A stretch of DNA of 62,283 nucleotides, the filler included. It is 5 parts of 5 records of this genome, joined end to end, with 100 filler letters (N's around TTAATTAATTAA, not from the genome) between each part and the next. Parts side by side here need not be neighbours in the genome. Positions count along the whole stretch, not along the records: positions 1 to 20,809 come from SRR20825019_1483; 4 more parts are not named here. One strand, 5' to 3'. This document shows positions 1 to 12,219 of the stretch, one piece after another. Within the stretch, counting starts at the first letter, position 1. Every line of letters starts with the position of its first letter. The notes beneath the pieces are model-generated. The model was not told the origin of the DNA and did no database searches. It saw only the letters and a list, made by a program, of their open reading frames with translations. The translations under genes were made by a program, and so were the position numbers.

Positions 1-604
1 AAGTAATTCTAAATATGCATTTTTAGGAGCATTAAGATCAGCTGCACAAATGGTTTCATATGAAGTATCAATGGGACTAATTATTATTACTGTATTATTA
101 TGTGTAGGTTCTTTAAATTTAACTGAAATTGTATTAGCACAAAAATATGTATGGTATGTAATTCCATTATTTCCTCTATTCATTATGTTCTTTGTGTCAA
201 TATTAGCAGAAACTAATAGAGCACCTTTTGATTTACCTGAAGCTGAAGCTGAATTAGTGGCTGGTTATAACGTTGAATACTCTGCAATGGGATTTGCATT
301 ATTCTTCTTAGGAGAATACGCTAATATAATCTTAATGAGTACTATGTGTTCTTTACTATTTTTAGGAGGATGACTACCACCTTTTGATAATATTCTTTTT
401 AATTGAGTACCAGGAGTAATTTGATTTGCTTTAAAAACTAATTTTATAATATTCTCATTCATATGAGTACGCGCAGCTTATCCACGTTACCGTTATGATC
501 AATTAATGAGATTAGGTTGAAAAGTATTCTTACCTTTATCATTAGGAGCAGTATTATTAGTAGCAGGTATTTTATTAGCATGAGATGCTTTACCATTAAT
601 ATAA
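1..604 (+). CDS. nad1: NADH dehydrogenase subunit 1 (5'-truncated, mitochondrial, UGA=Trp)
   Basis: [25 protein letters not shown] motif; reads through TGA at conserved Trp sites ([21 protein letters not shown]) to TAA 602-604. Confidence 0.97.
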
Positions 605-757
605 TATAATATAATCAAACAACATAAATAAATATTATAATTGTATACAAATTATTATAATGTTATATTAAAACATATGATACACACTATACAATTATAT
701 ATTATATAGTACCAATATCTTTTTATTATATAATTACATAATTATATACATATTAAA

Positions 758-831
758 GCGTTCTTAGCTTAATTGGATAGAGCATCAGCCTTCTAAGCTG
801 AATGTTACAGGTTCAAGTCCTGTAGAACGTA
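758..831 (+). tRNA. trnR: tRNA-Arg(UCU)
   Basis: Acceptor GCGTTCT/AGAACGT, anticodon loop CTTCTAA, GGTTCAAGTCC T-arm. Confidence 0.95.
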
Positions 832-868
832 ACTAACTATGAATTAATTTATATTTGTTTCATTATTA

Positions 869-1155
869 CATTTATCAAATAGATATTGGCTTTATATAAT
901 AAATATAAAGAGGAAAGTCTGAAATTTAATTCTATTTTATAAAAATATAGTATAAACTATAACAAATAGGTTAAATTATAGAAAATTTTATAATGATATT
1001 ATATATTATTATAACTGGAAATTAATCTATTTTTTTAATTACTATAGATGTAGGTAAATCAATATCATGATGTACTATAATTAATCTTTATATAAAGAAT
1101 GCTTATAAAAGAGAGTTATATACATTGACAAAATTCAGCTTATTTTTGATAAATG
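869..1155 (+). ncRNA. rnpB: RNase P RNA (mitochondrial, bacterial type)
   Basis: P1 CATTTATCAAA(869-879)/TTTGATAAATG(1145-1155); P3 hairpin CTTTATAT/ATATAAAG; CR-I GAGGAAAGTCTGAA pairs with CR-V ACAAAATTCAGCTTA to form P4 with a bulged U. Confidence 0.9.
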
Positions 1156-1192
1156 ATAATAAATTAGTTTAGTTTTATAATAAAAAATTTAA

Positions 1193-1265
1193 GCGAGTAT
1201 AATATTAATTGGTAAATAAACTGCCTTCCAAGCAGTAATTATGGGTTCGAGTCCCATTACTCGCA
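1193..1265 (+). tRNA. trnG: tRNA-Gly(UCC)
   Basis: Acceptor GCGAGTA/TACTCGC, anticodon arm ACTGC-CTTCCAA-GCAGT, GGTTCGAGTCC. Confidence 0.93.
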
Positions 1266-1280
1266 ATTTATATGCGCAAG

Positions 1281-1360
1281 GCTCACTTGGTGGAATGGTA
1301 GACACGATAGACTTAAAATCTATTTCTTCTGGAGTGCCGGTTCAAGTCCGGCAGTGAGTA
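1281..1360 (+). tRNA. trnL: tRNA-Leu(UAA)
   Basis: Acceptor GCTCACT/AGTGAGT, anticodon TAA, extended variable arm, T-arm GGTTCAAGTCC. Confidence 0.95.
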
Positions 1361-1449
1361 ATTATATTGTATATAATTATAGAAATATATATACTATAAT
1401 TCATATATTAAAACAATTTCTATAAAATTAAAAGTTTATTAAATATTGA

Positions 1450-2400
1450 ATGACAAAGCGAATGCAAAAAAGTCATGCCATAAGCCGTAAACTTAAAATA
1501 AATTTTCTAGGTAAAGAAAACTTAGTAAATAAACTAAAAAAAGTTAAAATTAAGAATAATTCAAAATCTCTTTTTTCAACTAGATTAAAAGCACGACAGG
1601 CTTTAAAGGCTTTTTATAGTAATTTAAGTTATAAACAGTTAAAAGCCTATGTTACTATCAGTAGAAAAACTAACTCAACTTGAAAATACTTTGTTTTAGC
1701 GTTAGAATCAAGAATAGATACTTTATTAATTAGATCTCAATTTGCTAATTCTTTTAGACATAGTAGACAACTTATTAATCATTCTAAATATTATCTAAAT
1801 AATCAATATGTTAGTATTCCAAGCTTAAGTGTAAATACAGGAAGTTTAATAAGTGTTAATAAATTAGGTATTACTGAATTTAATATAAATAAAGTAATTA
1901 ATAAACGTTGATTATATGGTTCGCCTATTACTAAATTAGATAAATTAAAATTAAAAGATGATAGCATTACTAAATTTATCTATAACCAAAGTGTAGGTTT
2001 ATTATTTGATAAAATATATACTGTTAAACTAAAATGATTAGATAAATCAAGTATTAAAAATAGTAATTTAAAACCTGTTTTTGTTAATGAAAATAATAGA
2101 TTATTTTTAAAACAAAGTGACTTAATATTTTTATTAATTAATAATAAAAGTTTTGTAATACCTAAATTATTTAATAATATAACTCAGAAAAAAGAAGAAT
2201 TATATAATATTTTAATTAGTTTATTAAGATATTACAATAGTTTTAATATAATGCCATATGTATATAATGGTATTTATTTAGAAATTGATTCAAAATTGTT
2301 AACTAGTTTTTATGTTAAACCATCTACAGCTTATGCGTCAGCTAAACAAATAAGTAGATATCAGGCTAATGTTCAATTAGTTTTAGAAAATGTAAAATAA
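1450..2400 (+). CDS. rps4: Ribosomal protein S4 (mitochondrial, with long internal insertion)
   Basis: With TGA=Trp gives 316 aa; RLKARQALKAFY and S4 motif LESRIDTLLIRSQFANSFRHSRQLINH. Confidence 0.88.
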
Positions 2401-2602
2401 ACTAAATTATATATAAATAGAATATATAATATAATATTACATGTTTTTAACTAACTGGTTATTTAGTCTGATAAACTAATTATTATATATTCATATAGAC
2501 TAATCCACTTTAAAGAACTGTCTGTTATACTTAATATAAAAGGTAATTATATATAATATATATAAATTAATATTATTAGTTAATTATTTTTAATTTATAT
2601 AT

Positions 2603-2989
2603 TTATATACGGCGTTTTTTTCGCGGTCTACAACCATTATGTGGTAATGCTGTTACATCATGTATATAAAGTATTTTTGTATTGAACGGAATATTGGCGC
2701 TTAATCCACGTAATACGTGTTCTTTACCTTTACCTACACCTTTAACTTTAATACCTAATTGTTGTATACTTTTTTTTGTTATATATTTGGCTAACTGTTC
2801 TCCTATTAATTGTGCTGCATATGTTGATGCTCTTTGAGATTTTTTAAAACGGCATAATCCTGCCGAACTATTTATTAGTGCATTTCCGTCTGCATCTGCT
2901 AATGTTGCTTTAGTATTATTAATAGTACTAGTTATATGTACAATACATGCTTGTTGATTGTATCTAGTTGTTTGTTTAATTTTACTCAT
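2603..2989 (-). CDS. rps11: Ribosomal protein S11
   Basis: VHITSTINNT, SSAG, DVTALPHNGCRPRKKRRI. Confidence 0.97.
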   Translation of the reverse strand: MSKIKQTTRYNQQACIVHITSTINNTKATLADADGNALINSSAGLCRFKKSQRASTYAAQLIGEQLAKYITKKSIQQLGIKVKGVGKGKEHVLRGLSANIPFNTKILYIHDVTALPHNGCRPRKKRRI

Positions 2990-3036
2990 TCTTTAATAAA
3001 TTAATTTTGATATAAAATATTTTCAATGAATCTATC

Positions 3037-3402
3037 TTACTTATTGATATTATACTTATTTTTAAATTTACGTTGTGTTAATGCATTTGTTTTTGTTCTT
3101 TGCCCTCTAACAGGTAAGCCATAAAAGAATCTTGTTCCTTTATAATTACGTAATTTCATATGCCTTTTAATATTAGTATTAATTTCTTTCTTTAGATTAG
3201 ATTCAAAAACATAATTTTTTGATAATATTTTTGCTATTTTAGCAATATATTGTTCCTTTAGATCTTTTACTTTACAGTTTTGGGTTATCCCTAATTTATG
3301 GCAAATATCTTGCGCTGATTTGGTATTAATTCCATAAATATTTGATAAAGCATAAACAACTTTTTTATTTTCAGGCAAATTTACTCCAAAAATATGTACC
3401 AT
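3037..3402 (-). CDS. rps13: Ribosomal protein S13
   Basis: IFGVNLP, IYGI, YKGTRFFYGLPVRGQRTKTNA. Confidence 0.97.
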   Translation of the reverse strand: MVHIFGVNLPENKKVVYALSNIYGINTKSAQDICHKLGITQNCKVKDLKEQYIAKIAKILSKNYVFESNLKKEINTNIKRHMKLRNYKGTRFFYGLPVRGQRTKTNALTQRKFKNKYNINK

Positions 3403-3528
3403 TTGTTATTTTTAATATGTTTAATTTTATTTATTTATTTATATAAATATATTTTTAAATTATTTTTTAGTATTATACATTATTATGATTAATTTATATA
3501 ATAGTATAATACTTAACTTATTATAAAA

Positions 3529-4248
3529 TTATTTTTTTTTATTTTTAACATAATTTTGTATAGTTTTTGCATAAAATTGTAAAACTTGTGCTGAATCATC
3601 ATTAGTAATGATAGGATAATCAATTCCTTTAGGTGAACAATTTGTATCAACTAGTGCAATTATAGGTATATTTAATCGTTGTGCTTCTTTAACAGCATTT
3701 ACATTATTAGTAAGACTACAAATAAATATTGCATCTGGTTTTTGTTTAAAAGTAATGTTATTAAATACTTTATTTAAAAACTTTGATTTATTGTAATCAG
3801 AGTATACTTTCTTATTTCGAATATTAAATTTGTGTGTTAATATAATAGATTTTTGTAGATTATCAAGTGATTTTTTAGATATACAAAGTGATACAAAATT
3901 AGTTAACAGCCCTCCTACTCATTTATTACTTATAGAGTTCTGGTTTAATTGTTTAGCCATTTTTTGAAAACTATTTGTATAATCATATGGAGATGTAACA
4001 AATAATATTATTCCATCATTATCAATAATGTGTTTTATAAATTTTAATGCGCGTTTAAGTAGATAAATAGATTTTTCAATATTAATAACATCAAAACCAT
4101 TACGGTAACCTAAAATATAATTTATAAGATAGGGGTTACGTTTAGTTTTTGAATGACCTAAGTGTACATTATTATTAATTAAACTTGATAAACCTACTAA
4201 ATTTTTATTTTTTGAATTTTGTTTATGTTCTAAGTTTAATTGTGCCAT
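3529..4248 (-). CDS. rps2: Ribosomal protein S2
   Basis: VHLGH, WVGGLLTNF (TGA=Trp), PDAIF, KEAQRLNIPIIALVDTN, NDD; stop TAA 3529-3531. Confidence 0.93.
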
Positions 4249-4256
4249 TAACTTAT

Positions 4257-4532
4257 TTATTTTTTCTTTAAAAGGTTTTTCTTTACTTTGTGAATTGGAA
4301 TTTTTCTAGTTAAAGCAAATTCACCAAACTTATGTCCAATCATATCTTGAGTTATAAGAAGAGGTACAAAAGATTTACCATTATGTATATTAAAAGTATA
4401 ACCTATAAATGAAGGTAAAATTGTTGATGATCGTGATCAAATTTTTATAGGTTTAGTTTTATTTGTATTTTCTCTAACTTTTTTTACTAAAGATAATTTT
4501 ATATATGGACCTTTTCATACTGATCTACTCAT
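4257..4532 (-). CDS. rps19: Ribosomal protein S19
   Basis: MSRSVWKGPY...[10 protein letters not shown]...HNGK...[14 protein letters not shown]; absent from the ORF track because of TGA codons. Confidence 0.96.
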
Positions 4533-4705
4533 TATTAGTTATTATTATAAGGTAATTTATGATTATATTGTTATTGAATTAATTTATATAATAAAATAAT
4601 TTATTGCTCTAATTTATGTTTATCTTTAATTTAAAATTAAATTAAAGTAATAATTTAAATAATATTATGATATTATATTATATTATTAGAGCAATAATAT
4701 CATAT

Positions 4706-5284
4706 TTATTTAATTTCAATTTGTTCTCAAGGACTTCTAAAGTCAAAGTATCTGAATTCTTGTGTAATTTCAATTGGTTCAGTTACTACACGTTTTTGAG
4801 AATCATCATAACGTACTTCAGTATATCCACTTAAAGGGAAATCTTTACGAAGAGGAAATCCTTCAAATCCATAATCAGTTAATATACGACGTAAATCTGG
4901 ATGATTAGAAAAGAATACACCAAATAAATCTCATACTTCACGTTCATATCAACCCGCACCTGGGAAAAGATGTGCTATAGATGGTACTGGTGTTAATTCA
5001 TCAGTTAATACTTTAATTCGAATTCTACTATTATATCTGATACTTAAAAGATTATATACGATTTCAAAACGTTGTTTTCTTTGTGGATAATCAACACCAC
5101 AAATATCTGAAATAACTTTAAATTGTGCATTACTATGATCTCTTAAGAATTCACATAAATTTAATAAATTCTTAGCTGAAACATAAATAATTAATTCTGA
5201 TGCACTAATTATTATTTGTTCTATATATTTAGGAACAATACGAGTTAAAGATTCACCAAATGCTTTTGTTATTTTGTTATTCAT
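4706..5284 (-). CDS. nad9: NADH dehydrogenase subunit 9
   Basis: [56 protein letters not shown]. Confidence 0.97.
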
Positions 5285-5453
5285 TTTCTTAAGTAATTGT
5301 ATATATTAAATAATTAAATATATTAAATAACATTTTATTATTAAATAATATAATTTAGTTTTATATATATGAAATAACCTTTTACTAGTAAATAATTATT
5401 AAAAAAATATTATTTTTATTAAAATTAAATATAATAGTATTAAGGTTAATTTT

Positions 5454-5930
<477 letters not shown>

Positions 5931-6146
5931 TTTTATTTCCTTGTTTATTATTTTAAATTTATTTTTAATATAAATAAACCAAACCTTTATATAATAATAA
6001 TAAATGAATGGATATATTTCTATTAAATAATTAAACAACTTGCAAATAATGTTAATATACCCAGTTTCTTAGTATAATATATCTGGTTTATTTATATTTT
6101 GTTTTATCAAAAATTATTGTATTAATTTATAATATTAAAAATGTAA

Positions 6147-6890
6147 TTAATGTAAATTAATTGCATCGTTTAAATATAAACATACTAAGATAGTAAATAC
6201 GTAAGCTTGTAAGATAGCAATACCAATTTCTAAACCAGTAATTAAGAATACTACGATTAGAGGGAAAATATGTACTACTGCTAAAATACCTCCCATTGAT
6301 AACATAGTTCAAGCAAATCCTGCTAAAATTTTTAGTAAAGTATGTCCAGACATCATATTAGCGAATAGTCGTACAGATAAACTTACTACACGGAAAACAT
6401 AAGATACTAATTCAATTACTACTAGTAAAGGTGCTAAAAATAAAGGAGCTCCTTTAGGTAAGAATAAGCTGAAAAAGTGTAACCCATGGTGCATAAAACC
6501 TATAATATTAATACCAATAAAAATAGCTAAAGCTAAACCAAAAGTAATTACTAAGTGACTAGTTACAGTAAAGCTATATGGTACCATACCTAAAAGGTTT
6601 GAAAATAAGATAAACATAAAAATTACAAACACTAAAGGGAAATAGCGTTGGCCTTTTTCACCAATATTTTCAGTTACTAAGTTTAATAAAAATTCATATG
6701 ACATTTCTACTACAGATTGTCATGCATTAGGAATAATACTTCCTTGAGAAGTAGACATAGTAAATAAACCACCAAAAGTTAATGATACAATAATCATTAA
6801 TAATGATGAATTAGTAAATGAAATGTCTAAGCTACCTAATGAAATCGGAATAATACGTATAATTTCAAATTGTTCTAATGGTGAATACAT
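6147..6890 (-). CDS. atp6: ATP synthase F0 subunit a
   Basis: MYSPLEQF start, [29 protein letters not shown], ends LNDAINLH. Confidence 0.98.
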
Positions 6891-7111
6891 TAAAAATTTC
6901 CTTTTGTCTTTATAGTTTATTATATAATACTTAAATTATATATATATATTCTATTAATTATATAATAGTTAAAATTAACTATATACATAATTAGTAGAGT
7001 ATAATATATAAATAAAGTTATATTAAATTATAATTCTTTTCTTTATAAACTATGATCTCTAATCATTTTAAACCATAAAAAACTTAGAGAATTTTAAAAA
7101 GTTATATAATC

Positions 7112-7684
7112 TTAATTATTAGCTGCAAAAAAAGTGTAAGATAATGTTATATTTTCAATTTCTGTCATACGTGGATCTAAACCTATTTCAGGATCTACAA
7201 AAAATAAAACAGGCATTTCAATTTGTTCATTTGGTTTTAATAATTGTTCTTCAAAACAAAAACACTGAATTTTATTAAAATATAACCCTACTTTTTGAGG
7301 AGTAACATTGTAAGTTGATATACCTATAATAGGTTTATCAGTTGGATTTGAAGCAGTATAAAAAGCCAAAGCAGTTTCACCTGCACGAACCTTTATTTCA
7401 CTTTGAGTAGGTTTAAAAGTCCATGGCATGTCATCACTAACATCACTATTAAATTGTATAGTATAAACTTTATTTGAATTTAAATTTTCTTTTTCTGAGG
7501 ATTCACTGATCACTGTAGGAGCAGGGGCATTAGGAATTTTTTTTACGGTACCTCCAAAACCGGTTGTTTGACAAAATAAACGATATAATGGAACAGAAGC
7601 ATAAGATAACCCTATCATTAAAACGATAACGCTAAACATATAAACTGCCCACATAAAAGTTTTATCATTTTTATTATTTGACAT
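7112..7684 (-). CDS. cox11: Cytochrome c oxidase copper-insertion chaperone Cox11
   Basis: YASVPLYRLFCQTTGFGG, YFNKIQCFCFEEQ, ITLSYTFF. Confidence 0.97.
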   Translation of the reverse strand: MSNNKNDKTFMWAVYMFSVIVLMIGLSYASVPLYRLFCQTTGFGGTVKKIPNAPAPTVISESSEKENLNSNKVYTIQFNSDVSDDMPWTFKPTQSEIKVRAGETALAFYTASNPTDKPIIGISTYNVTPQKVGLYFNKIQCFCFEEQLLKPNEQIEMPVLFFVDPEIGLDPRMTEIENITLSYTFFAANN

Positions 7685-7868
7685 TATAAAACTAATTAGT
7701 AAAATATTCGAGAATAAAAATAATTATAACTTACAAACTATAATTAAATATTTATTAGTACATTATTATATAACATATATTTGAGTTATATTATATTCTT
7801 AATCATATAAAATAACTCAAAAATAATGCTTTTAGTTAATACAATATAATTTTATATTGTATTATATA

Positions 7869-10800
7869 TTATGATACGATTAAAGCTACTAAGTAAACAA
7901 GATATAGACGATAATCAATAAATATAGTTGCAGCACTTCATAATGCAACAATAGCAATTAAGAATGTTACACCAATTAACATAACAAATGCATAATGGTA
8001 AATATAACCAGTTTGGAAACGGCTTATTTTACGTGCGAAATCATATACTGAATTTGCTAGACCATGAGGTCCTAAAATTTCAATCATTCCACGATCAAAT
8101 AATTTGAATGAAACATTGTAACCAAATTTTAGTGCGTTTAATGCAATATATTCATTATATACTTTATCAAAATATCATTTTCTACTTAAGAATCAATATA
8201 GTTGACGTCCAATACTATTACTATCACTTACCTTAAAACGATATAATGTAGTTTTTGAAGTTTCATATAAATATAATGCTAATCCTGCACCAAATAAACT
8301 AAAACAAACAGGTAATAGTTTAATATGATGTGGTATGAATTCCGCATCAATCATAATTACATTTTTTGGTAATATAAAAATAGCATTTCCTCAGAAATTA
8401 GTTCCTAAACCAATAATCATATCTTTAGTTAAGTAACCTATGAATATACTACCTAACGATAATAAGAATAAAGGTAAAGCCATTACTGGTGGGGCATCGT
8501 GAGCATTTAATATAAATGATCGGTAACTATTAGTTTTATGTAAAAATGTTAAGTATAATAATCTAAAAGAATAAAAAGCAGTAAATAATGCTGATAGTGT
8601 ACCTAATCAATGTGCAAAACTACCATTTAAAGTATATTTAGCGTATGCTAATTCTAAAATAACATCTTTTGAATAAAATCCAGTTAAAAATGGAAATCCC
8701 ATTAGAGATAAAGAACCTATTACCATCATACTATATGAATAAGGTATTAAATTCATTAAACCTCCCATTTTTCTCATATCTTGTTCATCTGACATTGCAT
8801 GAATTACAGATCCAGCACTTAAAAATAATAAGGCTTTAAAGAATGCATGGTTTGATAAATGGAAAACACCTACTGAATAATTTGATATTCCACAAGCAAA
8901 TACCATGTAACCTAACTGACTACATGTTGAATAAGCAATAACTCTTTTTAAGTCATTTTGTAACATACCTGTAGTTGCTGCAAAGAAAGCAGTCATTGCA
9001 CCTACAAAAGTTACAACCATTAATGCAGTTGGTGCATATTCGAAAAGAGGTGAACATCTAACAATTAAGAATACACCAGCGGTCACCCAAATGGGTTAAA
9101 ATTCTACTTTCATAGAATTGTGGACTCTATCTTCAACCTTACTTGTTTGTATATTATTTAAATTTCTTCCTAGTCTTCTTAATATTTCTATATCATCTTC
9201 ATTTAATTTCAAATTTTTAGCTTTCTTTAATTCTAATAAATTATTTGCATTCTTTCATTTATAATAAGCTATTTTTTTTCTTGTTCTCAATGGATGATTA
9301 TTAAAATATTTTATTAATCTTAAACATAACTGGCGGTTAGATATATAAACTCGTCAGCCACTTCATGATTTATCATAACTATAAAATTTATAATTATAAT
9401 CTCAAGCTAACATATTTCTTATACAAAGAATAATATATTTTTCCTTTTGACTAATAGAATAACATAATTCTATATATGTATTTGAATCTTTATATTTGCT
9501 TTTATATTTACGTATGCGAATTCCAAAGCTACCTTCAGCATCAGTAAAACCACTAAGTCATCCATCATTCAAAGTAGGAATAACTAACCTATCAATAAAC
9601 TTAATATTAGTATTAAATTTAGTATTATAAGCGTTTAAGAATTCCTTAAACTGTTGTTGTTTATATTGTGAACACAAGTTACCATTAAGTAAATATATTA
9701 TTTTTAATAGATTTTCTTTAGTACTTATATTCAAATAAACCTGATTTCGATGATTATAATATTTTTCATTTTTATAACTATCATTATAAGAATTTCGTGT
9801 TTTTACTATACCGTAGCCTAACTTTGTCCTTAAATTATACATAAAAGCAGTATCAATTCTATGTTGATACAATTCAAATTTAAGCGTATTTTTAGACTTA
9901 TAGTTATATATACCGCCATCACCTTCAAAAAATCCTATGAAATAAGTTAAGAATTCATAATCTAACTTTTTATGGTGGTTTGGTATATGATTTAAATAAT
10001 TTTCAAAATTAAAGGTTGTTCCACATATAGTCTCTGAGGATCCTTTTTTATTTATAATTGATTTCATAATTATATTTAGTTTTAAGTTATTATAAATAAT
10101 TTTATTAAGTTTCCTGCGGATTGTCTAATTTTAAAGATTTTTTCTTAAATCGAAATAATTTATACTATATAGTTTTATAATATAATTTTATTTTATTAAG
10201 AACTTTAAACTTAAAGAGGTTCCCGCATATAGTGGAATAATAATAATCTATCTTACGATAGAAAACGACAGTGACCTATCGTAGCTGCATGAATTAATGC
10301 TGATACTGGTGTTGGACCTTCCATAGCATCAGGAAGTCATGTGTGTAAACCTAATTGAGCTGATTTACCTACAGCTCCTACAAATAGTAGTAAACATATT
10401 ACTGTTAATTGGTCAAATTCAAAGTTAAAGAAGAAAAACTTAGAGCCTGCTAAAGATGGTGCTACTGCAAAAATAGTAGAAAAATCTACAGATCTAAAAG
10501 CTGCGAATAATGCAAACACACCTAAAGCTAAACCAAAATCACCAATACGGTTAACAATCATTGCTTTAATTGCAGATTTATTAGCTTGTAAACGAGTAAA
10601 TCAAAAATTAATCAGTAAATATGAAGCTAAACCTACTCCTTCTCAACCTAAGAACATTTGTACAAAATTATCAGCAGTTACTAACATTAACATAAAGAAA
10701 GTAAATAGTGATAAGTATGACATGAAACGTGGCACATGAGGATCTTCACCCATATAACCTATTGAATACATATGTACTAAGGTTGATACTGAAGTAACTA

Positions 10801-11062
10801 CAATTAACATTACAACAGTTAAACTATCAAATAAAAACCCTCAGTTTACTATGAATAACTCAGAATCCATTCAAGGCATTAAAGTGATATAACAAGGACT
10901 ACCTTGTAAACCTACTTCATAAAAAGCTAAACATGATAAACTAAAAGTTAAAGCAATACAAGTAGTAGTAATTAATTGGGCACCTTTAGTTCCTATATAA
11001 CGACCGAATAAACCTGCTGTTATAGCACTAATTAATGGCAAAAATATTATAGTTAAATACAT
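7869..11062 (-). CDS. nad5: NADH dehydrogenase subunit 5; exons 11062-10278 and 9087-7869
   Basis: [54 protein letters not shown]; the Met codon is split AT|G by the intron. Confidence 0.97.
9088..10277 (-). mobile_element. Group I intron (1190 nt) in nad5
   Basis: 5' exon ends in U and the intron ends in G; P1 ACGAT/GTCGT with U-G pair; P10 GGTCAC/GTGACC; core elements P ATGCGGGAA, Q AATCCGCAGG, R TCAGAGACTA, S AAGATAGAGTC. Confidence 0.95.
9096..10067 (-). CDS. Intron-encoded double-motif LAGLIDADG homing endonuclease/maturase (323 aa with TGA=Trp)
   Basis: Motifs [11 protein letters not shown] and [12 protein letters not shown]; free-standing ATG; overlaps the intron R and S elements. 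Confidence 0.92.
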
Positions 11063-11331
11063 AAATAATATTTTAATTTATTTTATGAAAAATTTAGAGA
11101 TATTAATATGATATATTAAACGATCTAATATATATAAAACATATAGAGTCTATATTATTTTTATTACCTAAAAAAAAATTTAAACAATAATAAAAGTATA
11201 TAATAGTAAATTGTATTGATAAATATGTATTATAAATCAATTTTTCTGGATAATAAAAAAACAGTTATTTTGTTTAAACTAATATATAAATATATATAGT
11301 ATATACAATTAGAATTTATATCCCTTTAAAG

Positions 11332-11405
11332 GGCGAACAACGGGACTTGAACCCGTGACTTCCAGATCCACAATCTGGCACTCTAACCACTGAGTTATGA
11401 TCGCC
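11332..11405 (-). tRNA. trnH: tRNA-His(GUG) with encoded G-1
   Basis: Anticodon arm CCAGA-TTGTGGA-TCTGG, G-1:C73, one U-U mismatch in acceptor. Confidence 0.93.
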
Positions 11406-11688
11406 TTATATATATCGATAGTTATAGTAATATAATTAGTATACAACTACGAATTTTATATATACGCTTATTTATAATTTATATGCTTATAAGGAAGTTT
11501 ATATTATAAGTTTAATTAACATAAAATCAATAAAGTTCAATAACATAAAATGTTCTTGTCTTTAAAGAGAATATAATTTAAATTAAATTGTATATATATA
11601 ATAAATGGAATTCTATATTGTATATTTAGTTGTATATACAAATATATGAAGATAAATATAAATTCTATAAAATATAAGGGTTTAAACT

Positions 11689-11997
11689 ATGAGCTTAGAT
11701 ATAATTCAATATCTAACAATATCTGGAATATTATTTCTTCTTGGTATTTGAGGAATTTTCTTAAATAGAAAAAACATTATAATTATGTTAATGTCAATTG
11801 AACTAATGTTATTAGCTATCAATTTTAACTTTATAATATTTTCAGTATACTTAGATGATATTTTAGGTCAGATATTTGCACTATTAATTTTAACTGTAGC
11901 TGCTGCTGAATCAGCAATTGGTTTAGCAATACTTGTAGTATACTATCGTATTAGAGGAACAATCGCAGTTGAATTCATTAATTTAATGAAAGGTTAA
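11689..11997 (+). CDS. nad4L: NADH dehydrogenase subunit 4L
   Basis: [37 protein letters not shown]. Confidence 0.97.
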
Positions 11998-12219
11998 ATA
12001 AAACTATAAATAATATTTAAATTGTAATTTTCTATTATTTATCAACCAAGTTAGAAAAACTAAAAAAATCAGTATTAAAATCATTTAACGATTAAAATGT
12101 AAATCTATGGTTTACCATTTTTTTATATGTTTTATCTTTATTTTTTATTTTTATTAGAATTTTAATAAATTATAAATTATTTGATTTATAATACCAGAAT
12201 ATAATATAAAGAAAGAATC

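Noticed and set aside
9088-10277. Intron as the ND5-717-type nad5 intron
   Set aside because: That site is MEG|PTP; this insertion is 38 nt downstream
11998-12219. Small hydrophobic minus-strand ORF or tmRNA between nad4L and nad7
   Set aside because: Only about 26 codons of AT-rich sequence and no tRNA-like T-arm or acceptor
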